A DNA stretch of 61,332 nt, filler included. It is 6 parts of 6 records of this genome, joined end to end, with 100 filler letters (N's around TTAATTAATTAA, not from the genome) between each part and the next. Parts side by side here need not be neighbours in the genome. Positions count along the whole stretch, not along the records: positions 14,447 to 23,443 come from SRR31156797_2693; positions 23,544 to 30,170 come from SRR31156797_2694; positions 30,271 to 37,733 come from SRR31156797_2695; 3 more parts are not named here. One strand, 5' to 3'. A program made the translations under genes and the position numbers. This document shows, piece by piece, positions 19,893-30,887 of the stretch (position 1 is the stretch's first letter; the number at the start of each line of letters is the position of its first letter). The notes under the pieces are model-generated. The model was not told the DNA's origin. It did not search any database and saw only the letters and a list, made by a program, of their open reading frames with translations.

Positions 19893-21391
19893 TTGACGGA
19901 AAGCTGAATGTTCTTTTTGCAGCTTCTGAATGTACTCCATTAGCAAAAACCGGAGGATTGGCAGACGTTGTTGGAGCTCTGCCAGCTGCTCTTTTGAAGC
20001 ATTCGGTAAATTCAAGCATTATAATGCCATATTACGGAACGCTGCCGGATGATGTACGAGAATGTACTGAATTGATAACCAGCTTTCATGTGCAAATCAG
20101 CTGGAAAAAGCAATACGCAGGACTGTTAAAAGCAAACTACGAAAATAAAACTTACTACTTCATAGACAATGAAGAGTATTTTAAAAGAGATCAATTATAT
20201 AGCTACTATGATGACGGAGAAAGATTCATTTTCTTCTCATTAGCTGTATTAAAAGCATTAGAATATATTAAAGGAGTAGATATTATCCACTGTCATGACT
20301 GGCAGACTGGATTGATACCTGCTGCTTTAAAGCAATTATACACTGATAAAGAAGAATACAAGAATATCAAAACTGTTTTCACAATTCACAATCTAAGGCA
20401 TCAGGGTAAACTGAACATGACAGATTTCATTGACATGGTAGGTCTTAGCGGATATGAAGACTCGCTGTATCAAATAGAGCATGAAGGCATGGCAAACCTG
20501 ATGAAAACCGCTCTTAGTTTCTCCAACGCTGTAACTACCGTCAGTCCAACATATGCAAAAGAAATCGAATATCCCTATTTCGGTGAAAGCCTAGAAGGTG
20601 TGATTAAAGCCATTGGCAATAAAATACATGGTATTATTAATGGTATTGATAAAGAACTATTTAACCCAACTACTGACAATAAAATATACAATACATACAA
20701 TGATCTTGATGGAAAGAAGCTCAATAAATCAGCTTTCTACAAAGAGTTTGACATGCCAGAAAACGACAATATGCTAATAGGTATTGTAACTAGGCTAGAC
20801 AGCCAAAAAGGTCTGGATTTGATCACTTATGCAATGGATAAATTAATGGCATTGCCTGTTAACTTTATACTCTTGGGAACTGGTGAGACACACTATGAAA
20901 ATACCTTCGCTGGCATTGAAGTAAAATACAAAGACAGAGCACGATGCTTCATTATGTACAGTGATGAATTAGCTAGAAAAATATATGCAGCTTCTGATGT
21001 ATTTTTAATGCCTTCTATGTTTGAGCCATGTGGATTAGGTCAATTGATTTCTATGCGATATGGTACTATTCCTATAGTAAGAGAAACCGGAGGACTGGTC
21101 GATACAGTAATTCCATATAATGCTGTCACAGAAGAAGGAACAGGCTTCACATTTTCCAATTTCAATGGTGATGAACTACTTGAAGCAGTTAAACGTGCCA
21201 ACAATCTGTATATAGATAATAGAATTGCATTTGACAAAATGGCAATGACTGGTATGTATCTGGACTTTAGCTGGGACAAATCCTCCAAAAAATATAAAGA
21301 GCTTTATGAATCCGTACAGGATGAGCCTGAGCCAGATGAACTTGATAAACCAGAGAGTATTATGCCTCCAAGTGAGCCGATAATCAGTTGA
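19889..21391 (+). CDS. glgA: Glycogen synthase
   Basis: KTGGLADV, HCHDWQ, TIHNL, PSMFEPCGL. Confidence 0.95.
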   Translation: MIDGKLNVLFAASECTPLAKTGGLADVVGALPAALLKHSVNSSIIMPYYGTLPDDVRECTELITSFHVQISWKKQYAGLLKANYENKTYYFIDNEEYFKRDQLYSYYDDGERFIFFSLAVLKALEYIKGVDIIHCHDWQTGLIPAALKQLYTDKEEYKNIKTVFTIHNLRHQGKLNMTDFIDMVGLSGYEDSLYQIEHEGMANLMKTALSFSNAVTTVSPTYAKEIEYPYFGESLEGVIKAIGNKIHGIINGIDKELFNPTTDNKIYNTYNDLDGKKLNKSAFYKEFDMPENDNMLIGIVTRLDSQKGLDLITYAMDKLMALPVNFILLGTGETHYENTFAGIEVKYKDRARCFIMYSDELARKIYAASDVFLMPSMFEPCGLGQLISMRYGTIPIVRETGGLVDTVIPYNAVTEEGTGFTFSNFNGDELLEAVKRANNLYIDNRIAFDKMAMTGMYLDFSWDKSSKKYKELYESVQDEPEPDELDKPESIMPPSEPIIS

Positions 21392-23157
21392 TTATTCTCT
21401 ATTATCGCATTATGTGTGAATTCATTTGTCCAGTTATCATCCCATTGAATACTGATTGATTCGCTGCTAGAATTTATATAAACCTCATATGAAGCACTGT
21501 CAGTTATGATAGTGTAGCTTAATAAGCCCGCAACTTCCTGCATTTTCACAAACGAGCTGCCGATATTAACACTCTTACGAATTTCAGCTAGGTTTTTTAT
21601 TAGATTTTTAACTTCTTCATTTTTACTGTCCCAATTATATGTACCTCTATTGTATGGGTCTTTATACCCTTCCAAGCAGATTTCATCTCCGTAATATATG
21701 CATGGATTACCCGGCAATGTAAATAAGATAAAATAATACAATAATAATTTCTTTAGAGCTATATTGTAGCTTTCCTCTGGCAATACATATCTTCTTTGCT
21801 GCCAAGTATTCATCTCACTTTGCTCAGGTGGATTGCCCAGCAATGTAAATATCCTAGTTGAATCGTGCGTTCCCGTCATATTCATTAGCGATTTGAAAAC
21901 ATCCTGAGGATAGTTCTCCTGTAGATTCATATAATTATCAGCAAAGACCTTAGCATCTATATGCCCGTTTAGCAATGATATCAAATCGTCTCTTAATGGA
22001 TAGTTTGAGACAGAATTAAGGCTGTTATTAATTATATAATTCCTGTGGTTGTCATAGCTTATCTTATTGCTGGCATCTTCCCAGACCTCACCCAACAATA
22101 TAGCCTCTGGGTTTACCCTTGTTATAGTTTCCTTTAGCTTCAGTATAAATTCATCAGGCAGTTCATCTGCAACGTCCAGCCTCCAACCTGCTATACCCAG
22201 TTTCATCCACTTGATTACTGCTCCATACTCTTCATTCAGGAGATGGTCTAGAAATGATGGCTCCAATTCATTTACACATGGCAGAGAAGTAATTCCCCAC
22301 CAGCAGTCATAATCGTCTGGATATGATTTAAAATCATACCATAAATAGTACTCCGATTTCTTATCTCTATATGCTCCGCCGTCACCGTAATTACCATATT
22401 TATTAAAATATATGCTGTCATCCCCAGTATGAGAAAATACTCCATCAAGTATTATCTTCATATCTCTGTTCCCAGCTTCATCCACCAGACGTTTCAATGT
22501 GTTTTCATTACCATACATCATATCTATTTTTGTATAATCAGCAGTATCATATTTATGGTTTGATGAGCTTTCAAAAATTGGATTTAGATATATGATGTCT
22601 ACCCCAAGGGATTTGAGATAATCTAGTTTTGCAACTACTCCCTCTAAATTGCCGCCAAAAAAGTCCCAAAGTACTATTTCACCTTTTTCGTTTCTTATAT
22701 AAACAGGCTTTTCATCCCATGAAGTATGCATAAGGATATTATTTCTAATAGTTACTTCATCGCTTTGTGCCCTGTAAAATCTATCTGTGTAGATTTGATA
22801 CATTACTTTACCCTTAAACCAATCAGGGCTAATATCATTATTATAAACAGTAAGCTGATATGCGCTGCCATTTTGAATAGCTTCACTACCTCTTTCACCT
22901 TTACCATAGTATATTGATTGACCAGAATATTTTGCTTCAAAAGTGTAAAAAATCAAACCATATTTAATATTTGGAGTAATAGCAATTGTAAATCCATCAT
23001 CATTCTTTGCCATTGTGTATGTTTGGTTAAAGCCATGAATATATACTTCATCAGCATCAGATATTACTCTAAAAGATATCTCAGTTCCTGTCTTGACAGC
23101 ACCAAAGGGTTTCTTATATTCTTCTTGCCATGAGTTATAGTAAAAATGCATAAACAC
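21304..23157 (-). CDS. GH13 neopullulanase/amylopullulanase-like glycosidase
   Basis: YQIYTDRF, NHKYDTADY, LDGVFSH, GWRLDVADE, GEVWE, GTHDS catalytic regions. Confidence 0.9.
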   Translation of the reverse strand: MFMHFYYNSWQEEYKKPFGAVKTGTEISFRVISDADEVYIHGFNQTYTMAKNDDGFTIAITPNIKYGLIFYTFEAKYSGQSIYYGKGERGSEAIQNGSAYQLTVYNNDISPDWFKGKVMYQIYTDRFYRAQSDEVTIRNNILMHTSWDEKPVYIRNEKGEIVLWDFFGGNLEGVVAKLDYLKSLGVDIIYLNPIFESSSNHKYDTADYTKIDMMYGNENTLKRLVDEAGNRDMKIILDGVFSHTGDDSIYFNKYGNYGDGGAYRDKKSEYYLWYDFKSYPDDYDCWWGITSLPCVNELEPSFLDHLLNEEYGAVIKWMKLGIAGWRLDVADELPDEFILKLKETITRVNPEAILLGEVWEDASNKISYDNHRNYIINNSLNSVSNYPLRDDLISLLNGHIDAKVFADNYMNLQENYPQDVFKSLMNMTGTHDSTRIFTLLGNPPEQSEMNTWQQRRYVLPEESYNIALKKLLLYYFILFTLPGNPCIYYGDEICLEGYKDPYNRGTYNWDSKNEEVKNLIKNLAEIRKSVNIGSSFVKMQEVAGLLSYTIITDSASYEVYINSSSESISIQWDDNWTNEFTHNAIIENNQLIIGSLGGIILSGLSSSSGSGSSCTDS

Positions 23158-23443
23158 TCCTTGTAACTAAATTCCATATACTTACTACTGCATTCTACCA
23201 TATTTTCTCATGCTTATGCTATAGAAAAAAGCACTATATTAAGCACCTTACAGAGTGTCGATGAAATAAAATACGCTTGAAAATATAAATAATTAATCGA
23301 CTCCTCTTGCAATTAGCAAATCTCAATTTATCACTAACTTTAATCGACTTTTTATTAGCAGTAGGTTGGTCATATCACTGCGTGATATTGCTCACCCAAG
23401 CGACCAGGAAAATGGTATTATTTCTCCTATTGCGAAGCATATA

Positions 23444-23543
23444 NNNNNNNNNNNNNNNNNNNNNNNNNNNNNNNNNNNNNNNNNNNNTTAATTAATTAAN
23501 NNNNNNNNNNNNNNNNNNNNNNNNNNNNNNNNNNNNNNNNNNN
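23444..23543. other. Artificial contig spacer
   Basis: N-run, TTAATTAATTAA, N-run. Confidence 0.97.
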
Positions 23544-24012
23544 ATTTCAGCGCAAAAATAATAAAGATGTTTGGAGTTTAAAGTTTAATGTTTAAAGAAA
23601 AGTAGGTAGGTTAGATAAAATATGAATGTCATCTTTGTATTCTGCAACATAGAAAGATGACATCCATTGCCCGAATATAAAAAACGATGACATCTCTTGA
23701 AAAAGATGTTATCCTTTTATGCTCGTTTGAAATTACCCCTTTGGAACTTTCTCTCCCGGTTTCTGACAAAATTCCTTTTTCTGAAATGTAGTCATTGGTG
23801 TATTTTGGTTCTTTATATATTGTTAGTATTACTTTAAGAGCTCTAAACAAACCTATATTCGAAGATTTTGGTCTTAGATACATTAAAAAAGATAGTATTA
23901 AATGTTGCACCTAATTGGTAGGTAATATAATGGTAATTCAAACTTTGCTTTTTTTATCTCTAGAAAGAAAATAAGGAGTATAAATATTGTATTTAGCGTG
24001 TAAAGTATCATT

Positions 24013-26028
24013 TCAATTTTTTAATGGATCAAATTCGTAAATATAGTTACCGTCTTTATTCTCCTTACTAATATCTCCATAATAAATTTTATTGTCTTTT
24101 GTGTATCCAAAACTACCCTCTGAGGTTTTAAATTCAGTGGATTCTCTTTGTATCCAGTTATTTAAAACCGGATCATACTCCCAAAAATCATCATATAATA
24201 AGAATCCCTTATTATTTATTTCGAAAGTAAATACGTCAGTTGTTTTATAAGGCCAGAATCTACCGCGAAAACGTTTTTTTTCTACTAATTGGTTTAACTC
24301 TATATTGTATTCATAAAATTGACCGGAACTGGAATAATATTGTTGAGGATATATATACAATTTATTATCTAAAACGAAGTGAAATAGAGGAGGATATTTA
24401 TTAAAATCATGAAGATAATCCCATGCATCATTTTCAAGGTTATATCTAAATACTTTTGCATTTTCGTAAGAATTATAATTGCTCATAGCATAAACATCAT
24501 CATTAACAATCCCGACCCAAAAAAAGTGCTTACCATCAATTAAGTCATTCATTCTTATCCATGAATTATTACTTATATTATATTTATACATACATTGTCT
24601 GGGATTATCTATAAAATCCAAAATAGCATAGATGGAGTTTTCTATTAAAAACATATAAGAAAAGGCATGATTAATTTGCTTTCCTTCGGCCTCATGTAAT
24701 GGTGCAAGTTCAGTCCATTGTTCACTATTTATATCATATTTCCAGAAGTCATTGAAATGTTTTTTTAAAGTATTGCTATATCCTAACCCATAGTAAACAA
24801 CATTTTTTAAATGAACAGATAAAGATAAACTTCTTGATTTTTCCTCTATTTTAGCAAATCTCGACCATGATTTTATTATCTGGAAGGGCATTTCGTAATT
24901 AACCGTTTTATTTCCAAGTTTAATTGAAATAAACCTTGATGAAGAACTATCATTTGAATATGGAACTATTGCTTTAACAGAACTATTTGTGTTGTCATAT
25001 GAAATGGCAGACTCATCATTGAAATAGATTTCAGGTATAAAGCCATTCGGATTTAATAAGTTACCTTCAATATTAATCCTGTTGCCAATTGACCCTTTTA
25101 GTGGGCTAATACTTGTTATGGATTGGCGAAGGACATTAAATGTATTATTACCGGAATTCATTTTTCCTCCAACATCGATAATAATTGATGTCTCTCCATA
25201 AAAATCGGTTGTTGGTGTTAATAAGGTAATCAAACTATCTGAATGATTTTGAATAATTCCAAATTTATCGCCAATTCGAACACTTGTTGAGTTACTTTCA
25301 CCCAAAAAATTACCATTTAAAACAAGTAATGTATTATCAAACCCTTGTAATGGAGAATAACTGTTTAGAACTGGAGACTTGACAGTGAAATGAGCTTCAG
25401 AACTTATTATTTGGTTTTGTGATGTTAACTCGATAGGGTAAGTTCCTGTCTGAACATTATTCGGAATTCTCCCATATATAAGATTTTGGGTTATACTATC
25501 AATAACTATTCCTGATTTACCAATTTTTAAATCATTTAAATTTTTGTTTAAATTGAAATTTTCGCCATATATTTTAATTGAATTTCCATCTGTCCCTTCT
25601 TTTGGACTAAAATCTACTATTTCCGGCTTTAAGGGAATACATCCATTACTAGTAAAATGTATTTTATTCCCATAAATCAACGTTCCTTTGTGTTTGGCAT
25701 ATGCTCTAACAAAATATTTTTGTCCCTTTATCAAGTTACTTCTAAGTGTATAAGAAAAACTTTTCTCTATCTCGTTGTCTAATATAATTATCCTAAATGA
25801 ATTCAAGGTTGGATTCATATCTTTACTAAATACAAATCCGGCTTCTTTAACCGATTCAAAATCATTAGCATTTAAAAATTCAGCTCGAAAAGTTACACCT
25901 TCCTTATTTATATTATTTGCTTCATGCGTGAGTAAAAACGGATGTTCTTTTGAATGTATTTCTGAATCTTTTTTGCAGCCAAGAAAAAATAACAGTATTG
26001 GTAATATATAGCTTAAAATATTTTTCAT
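24013..26028 (-). CDS. Lipoprotein with an Ig/FN3-like domain, three IPT/TIG repeats and a Kelch beta-propeller
   Basis: Lipobox FLG-C then KKDSE; YFVRAYA...YGN; repeats FSPKEG...IYGENF, YSPLQG...LNGNF, ISPLKG...IEGNL; Kelch-like FWKYDINSEQW and FWEYDPVLNNW. Confidence 0.8.
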   Translation of the reverse strand: MKNILSYILPILLFFLGCKKDSEIHSKEHPFLLTHEANNINKEGVTFRAEFLNANDFESVKEAGFVFSKDMNPTLNSFRIIILDNEIEKSFSYTLRSNLIKGQKYFVRAYAKHKGTLIYGNKIHFTSNGCIPLKPEIVDFSPKEGTDGNSIKIYGENFNLNKNLNDLKIGKSGIVIDSITQNLIYGRIPNNVQTGTYPIELTSQNQIISSEAHFTVKSPVLNSYSPLQGFDNTLLVLNGNFLGESNSTSVRIGDKFGIIQNHSDSLITLLTPTTDFYGETSIIIDVGGKMNSGNNTFNVLRQSITSISPLKGSIGNRINIEGNLLNPNGFIPEIYFNDESAISYDNTNSSVKAIVPYSNDSSSSRFISIKLGNKTVNYEMPFQIIKSWSRFAKIEEKSRSLSLSVHLKNVVYYGLGYSNTLKKHFNDFWKYDINSEQWTELAPLHEAEGKQINHAFSYMFLIENSIYAILDFIDNPRQCMYKYNISNNSWIRMNDLIDGKHFFWVGIVNDDVYAMSNYNSYENAKVFRYNLENDAWDYLHDFNKYPPLFHFVLDNKLYIYPQQYYSSSGQFYEYNIELNQLVEKKRFRGRFWPYKTTDVFTFEINNKGFLLYDDFWEYDPVLNNWIQRESTEFKTSEGSFGYTKDNKIYYGDISKENKDGNYIYEFDPLKN

Positions 26029-26030
26029 AG

Positions 26031-27170
26031 CTAAAAGTTTAATCCTACCATAATTAAAAGTTCGGAATTGTTAAAATTCGTAGAATTTCGCTTTGAATAA
26101 AGTTGGTTGTAACGAAACTCTATAAACAGCGATTTTTTATAATTGATTTCAAATTCAATGCCTGTGCCGAATGCATAGCCGAATAGCATATCAGAAAACA
26201 ATGATGATTTTTTTGTGTCGTTAATTTCAACCACATTGCTGTTGGTTGTTGTTTCTAAAAGCCAATTTTCGTTTTTTAAATTGTAAGCTCCAATTCCTCC
26301 AGCATTTAAAAATGGTCTTATTGTATTTGTGGGGAAAGTATACCTAAATAGAAAAGGTGATTTAATACTTGAAACATTTGCTATAAAATCAATATCTTTA
26401 TTATCAAACATTTTATTGTATGAATAGTTTTGCTGAGAATAATAAAATTCAATATGCCATGAAAAGTCACTGACTAAAATCGGGGCATCGATAAAAATTC
26501 CGTAAGTAAAACTACTTTCATATTTATATTCCAATTGTTTTAAATGACTAATATTTTTATCAGTTGGAGGTGTAAGTTTTACCAATTCATTTCCTCCAAC
26601 CACTCCAAACTTAAATCTTGGAAATGGCTTTAATTCGCAAGCGTTGTATCTCTCAACAATTCTTGTTAATGATGTTCTATTATACTTGGAAACTTTTGTA
26701 GCATCCAGAATATTTGTACAATCTTGTGTTAAATCCTGCAAAGTGTTTTTGTAATAATTGTTATCAGATTTTTCTCCTTTTGGTATTTCTGTAATAACGG
26801 TACTGTCTTTTTCCAGAAAGAATGTTTTAATTCCTTTTCCTTTAAAATAATAAAGCTTTGATTTGCCGTCCACCATCAATTCTAAAAATACTTTTTTGAT
26901 GCTACCATCAATATTTATACTTTTCGAAATGTATGCTTTGCCGTTTTTAAAACCATATTCATATACTTCGTTCGGATTAAACCGTATAAGTTCGTTGCCA
27001 TTTTTTACTTGGCAGAATTGAGCATTGGTTATTTCACCACCGTCAACTAATTTTGCGCCAACTATTGATGTACTATCCGTAATATAATAACCGGATTGAC
27101 CAAAAGTAAGAATAGAAAGTGAAAGATTAAAGAGTGCAAGAAAACAGATTTTATTAAAAGAATTATTCAT
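26031..27170 (-). CDS. Outer-membrane beta-barrel protein (PorT/OMP_b-brl-like) with an N-terminal soluble domain
   Basis: Signal peptide; N-domain with VFLELMVDGKSKLY; amphipathic C-terminal strands (PFLFRYTFP, RPFLNAG); ends in VGLNF. Confidence 0.75.
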   Translation of the reverse strand: MNNSFNKICFLALFNLSLSILTFGQSGYYITDSTSIVGAKLVDGGEITNAQFCQVKNGNELIRFNPNEVYEYGFKNGKAYISKSINIDGSIKKVFLELMVDGKSKLYYFKGKGIKTFFLEKDSTVITEIPKGEKSDNNYYKNTLQDLTQDCTNILDATKVSKYNRTSLTRIVERYNACELKPFPRFKFGVVGGNELVKLTPPTDKNISHLKQLEYKYESSFTYGIFIDAPILVSDFSWHIEFYYSQQNYSYNKMFDNKDIDFIANVSSIKSPFLFRYTFPTNTIRPFLNAGGIGAYNLKNENWLLETTTNSNVVEINDTKKSSLFSDMLFGYAFGTGIEFEINYKKSLFIEFRYNQLYSKRNSTNFNNSELLIMVGLNF

Positions 27171-27176
27171 ATCAAA

Positions 27177-28997
27177 CTATTTTGTGGGCTCAAACTCCCA
27201 CAAATCATTCTTTTTATTTCCAAAGCAAAAATATGCTTTTTGATTAACAACTATTGCAGTAGCACCAGCTCTTCCTCCATTTGGAAAGTTTGCTACTTCT
27301 CGCCAGCTATCAGTATCAGGATTATATTCCCATAAATCGTTAAGAAGGTTGTCGGAATAGGAATTAAAATTATTGTTTTCACAACCCGTGCCGACATAAC
27401 CTTTGCCATTTATTGAAAAACCAATTGCATAAGCTCTTTTTTTGCCAGGAAGGCTTTTTATAGAAGTCCATGAGTCCTGAACTGGGTCGTAGCACCAAAA
27501 TTTATTTATAGGGCCTTCATTCGTTAGTCCCGTTCCAATAAAAATTTTACCATTTATTTCAAACCCCGTCATAGCATGCCAATAATTGTAATTTAAGGAT
27601 TTATCTAATGATCCTAATTTTTCCCATTTGTTTTCAATCTGATCAAATTTAAAAAAAGGCAATTCCGGATATTGTGTGCTTATAAAACCACCTATTACAT
27701 AGCCAGATGTTCCAATTCCAATACCAAATTGAGAACTAATTTTATAATAATCGTTAGAAACTATTAAATTCCTGAAGTCGGGAAATTGATTTATTGAATT
27801 TGTTTCTGGATTATAAGAATAGGAATTTAAAAAATCATTTTGATTTCCTGATAAATCCCCTGCTCCCCAATATGCAATATTGTTTATTTCAAAAGAAAAT
27901 GGATACGCTCTCATTCCTTCTTCCGTTTCAACCATCTTTTTCCATAAATCGGTTAGTGGTGAATATTTCCAAATTGTATTTTTACTTCCCATTATTTGGT
28001 TTGGTACATAAAAGTATGCTTCATTATTAAAATTAAAACCACAATTTGCTACTAAAAAGGAGGATTCGTCCGGACTGTCTTTTTTTCTTTTCCAAGGAGA
28101 AATAAAATTTAAATCTTTTTCATAAAAGACATTTTTATTGTTTATAGTACCGCTAATTTTATTTACTCCTGGAGTAATATTGGCAGGAACTTTAAAAGTT
28201 ATAGTGTTATCTAGAATAGTGATAATACTGTTCTCAATTTTAACTTCTCCAATAAAAAGGTTATTTACCCTTTGTATTTTACTATTAAATGTTATTTCGA
28301 TAATTGATTCTGCAATGTCAAAATAATCAGAATTAGTTTTTATAATTTCAAGAGAATCTAATTTGAATTCTCCGACGGTATATTCGTCATCAAACATTTT
28401 TATACTGAGAAGTACATTTCCTGAGTTTGTATAAGTTTCAGGTGTTTTTACTGTTAGTCTATTTTTAGATGCCTTAACGACTGTTCCTGCGAATTCGCCA
28501 AAAAGGATCTGATAATTCGAATTTATACTTGTAAAGTAATCACCGTCAATTCTTATTAGTTCACCTTCAAATCCATTTTTTGGATTGTAATCGGATATAA
28601 TCGGAGGAAAGTTTCTTTCATTTATAAATTTTTGAACGTTTCCAAGAATATGATAGTCTTCGGTTTGAACGTATCCGCAAAATGAAATTTCTTTATTTTT
28701 GGGTAAGGCATAATTTATATATGTGGAGAAATTTTTTTCATTTATATTTTCCATAAAAATTGTGTCTTTATTTGAAATAAAATCAGCCGTTTTCCCCCAA
28801 ACAAATCCGAGCTTTAAGATATTGGAATTATTGTTGTTTTCTACATTAGCTTCGAAAAGTACTCCTTCTTCATTGCTGCTTTTTGCTTCGTATGTGCGAA
28901 TACTCGGAAAATCTTTTTCAAGAAAATCACTTTTTTTGCAGCTGGAAATGAATAAAATAGTCAATATTAGAAATGAATATATTGCGGTTGGTTTCAT
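27177..28997 (-). CDS. Lipoprotein with IPT/TIG repeats and a Kelch beta-propeller
   Basis: Lipobox ISS-C then KKSD; YNPKNG...IDGDYF; Kelch blades FSINGKGYVGTG, DLWEYNPDTDSW, FWCYDPVQDSW. Confidence 0.82.
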   Translation of the reverse strand: MKPTAIYSFLILTILFISSCKKSDFLEKDFPSIRTYEAKSSNEEGVLFEANVENNNNSNILKLGFVWGKTADFISNKDTIFMENINEKNFSTYINYALPKNKEISFCGYVQTEDYHILGNVQKFINERNFPPIISDYNPKNGFEGELIRIDGDYFTSINSNYQILFGEFAGTVVKASKNRLTVKTPETYTNSGNVLLSIKMFDDEYTVGEFKLDSLEIIKTNSDYFDIAESIIEITFNSKIQRVNNLFIGEVKIENSIITILDNTITFKVPANITPGVNKISGTINNKNVFYEKDLNFISPWKRKKDSPDESSFLVANCGFNFNNEAYFYVPNQIMGSKNTIWKYSPLTDLWKKMVETEEGMRAYPFSFEINNIAYWGAGDLSGNQNDFLNSYSYNPETNSINQFPDFRNLIVSNDYYKISSQFGIGIGTSGYVIGGFISTQYPELPFFKFDQIENKWEKLGSLDKSLNYNYWHAMTGFEINGKIFIGTGLTNEGPINKFWCYDPVQDSWTSIKSLPGKKRAYAIGFSINGKGYVGTGCENNNFNSYSDNLLNDLWEYNPDTDSWREVANFPNGGRAGATAIVVNQKAYFCFGNKKNDLWEFEPTK

Positions 28998-29008
28998 AAA
29001 GATTTAAT

Positions 29009-30170
29009 TTATTTAGGAGCTAAAAAAATGCCAAAACTTAAGTTGTAAGCCTGAATCAGATTTTTTACTTCGACCTCTCTTTTAACAAGATTACATAGTT
29101 TAAAGTTGGCAAATATGGTTTGTTTTCCAGGAAGAATATAATTACAACCAATTTGAAAATGAAGACCATTAACTATTGAGGCCATTGGAGAATCATAGGT
29201 TTCAAATGTGTAGATAACTCCGAGGCTTTTACTTTCTCTAAGGAATCTTTGATTTTTGGAAATAAAAATGTTTGATGTTGCCCCAACAGCTACTGTTGGT
29301 CTTAATCTGCCTTTAGGAAAAGTATATTTTATTGATGCAGATGATTGAAGGTTAAGAAGATTTATAAAAGCTTCGTGGTATTCTGCAATGGATCCTGAGT
29401 CTTGTATGTAGCTTCCGTAATATTCTGATTTGCTTGTGCTTAGTTCAATGTCGAGCGATAGTTTCTCATTCATCCTTGGCAGAGAAGCATTCAGTAAAAC
29501 TCCTAAAAAGGGATAATAGTTTTGGTTAAAATTATAATTTGAAAACTTAAGTTTATCAAAATGAAATAGTGTTGTGCTTACTCCAACAATTGGAGCAAAC
29601 CTTAGTTTTAATAGAGGAATTGGTTTTTCATAAACAATACATTGCTCATCATCGCAAACGTAATTGTGATAATCTTTAATTATGTTTATTAACGATTTGT
29701 GGCTGAGCTCAGATTTGTTTAAATCATCTTGTATCTCATTGCAATCAGTCATCGTAGCTTTTAATTGCCCAATGTAACGCAAAGATTGTTTTTGAAAAAG
29801 TCCTTGATCCTTTATGTAGACTTCTTTTATATCATTCTTTAATTCTAATAATTTTCCGTTTTGATCTTCTATAAAATATTTGGCTGTATTTGGGAGTATA
29901 TAGAAATATAAATTAGTAATCCCATTTACCAGAAATTCAAGAAAAACATGTTTCTCTGTATTATCGATTTCAATTTTTCTCGATATATAAAATTTACTAT
30001 CAATAAATCTATATGCTTTTATTTGTGAAGGTTCAAAGTGTATAGTCTCCGAACTGATGTTTTTTTTGTATTCACAAAATTTTGAATTTCTAATTTCACC
30101 TCTGTAATCAATCAATCCGTAAATAGTATCGTTTTCCCATGTAATATAATATCCCGGGCGAAAATCGGTT
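29009..30170 (-). CDS. Outer-membrane beta-barrel protein, paralogue of 26031-27170 (5'-truncated)
   Basis: Frame open to the contig edge (TDFRPGYYITWENDTIYGLIDYRG...); VFLEFLVNGITNLY, IKYTFPKGRLRP; ends in SFGIFLAPK. Confidence 0.75.
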
Positions 30171-30270
30171 NNNNNNNNNNNNNNNNNNNNNNNNNNNNNN
30201 NNNNNNNNNNNNNNTTAATTAATTAANNNNNNNNNNNNNNNNNNNNNNNNNNNNNNNNNNNNNNNNNNNN
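30171..30270. other. Artificial contig spacer
   Basis: N-run, TTAATTAATTAA, N-run. Confidence 0.97.
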
Positions 30271-30562
30271 CAGCTTACGCAAAAGCTGCGTAAGTTTTAA
30301 CAAACTTATAGGACTCGCCTTAGGGCTTGAGACCTCGGAGGCTCACACTACTGATTCTATCTAAGTAGATTTAGTGGGTTCACCCAAGATAGATTATCAT
30401 CTTAGAGTTGATTTGGCTAATTTGAGACACTTTTAAATCTTAGCTTCGCAATTGTTTTGCGGGTTGAGCTGTTGTGAAGTGAAATTTTTCAACCCTTCTA
30501 AGCATGTAGACGCTGGTAGTAGCTGTTTTAAGACTCCGGTTCAATTCCGGACATCTCCACCA
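30271..30562 (+). ncRNA. ssrA: tmRNA, 3' portion (5'-truncated)
   Basis: Begins with the end of the tag frame GCT TAC GCA AAA GCT GCG TAA (AYAKAA*, the Campylobacterota-type tag ending). Ends with a T-arm and acceptor CCGGTTCAATTCCGGACATCTCCACCA. Confidence 0.92.
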
Positions 30563-30599
30563 AATAAATATCTAACTGTAATTTTTATTCCTTTTATTA

Positions 30600-30867
30600 A
30601 AACACTAAATTATAATACTTTAATTCCAGCTCTAAGAAGAATGGGATACACGAAAGATGAATTTGTACCTCATAGTTTTAGAAGTATGTTTTCAACTATT
30701 GCATATGAAAATATAAGTGAACATGGTTACTCAAATGAAGTTATTGAAGCCCTACTTGCACATAAAGAAAAAATAAAATTAAAGATGCATATAATAGAGC
30801 TTCATATAAAGAAAGTATGAGAAAATTAATAGAATGGTATGTAATTTATTTAAATAAGATTAAATGA
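30600..30867 (+). pseudogene. C-terminal remnant of a P4-like tyrosine integrase, frameshifted
   Basis: ALRRMGYTKDEFVPHSFRSMFST...IEALLAH, then a frameshift in an A-run near 30767-30772 into NKIKDAYNRASYKESMRKLIEWY (HxxR, H and catalytic Y motifs). No N-terminal domains. Confidence 0.85.
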
Positions 30868-30887
30868 CTTATGCAAAATTTTACTTA

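Noticed and set aside
23290-23443. Repeated TTAATCGACT and the hairpin ATATCAC-tgc-GTGATAT at the contig end, possibly an IS end or RNA element
   Set aside because: Too short and truncated to assign; no recognisable transposase or RNA motif.
23629-23910. 93-aa minus-strand ORF
   Set aside because: No recognisable motif or clear start signal in AT-rich intergenic DNA.
30452-30820. 122-aa ORF as an intact integrase
   Set aside because: Its first third is read through tmRNA sequence; only the C-terminal part is integrase-like, and it is frameshifted.
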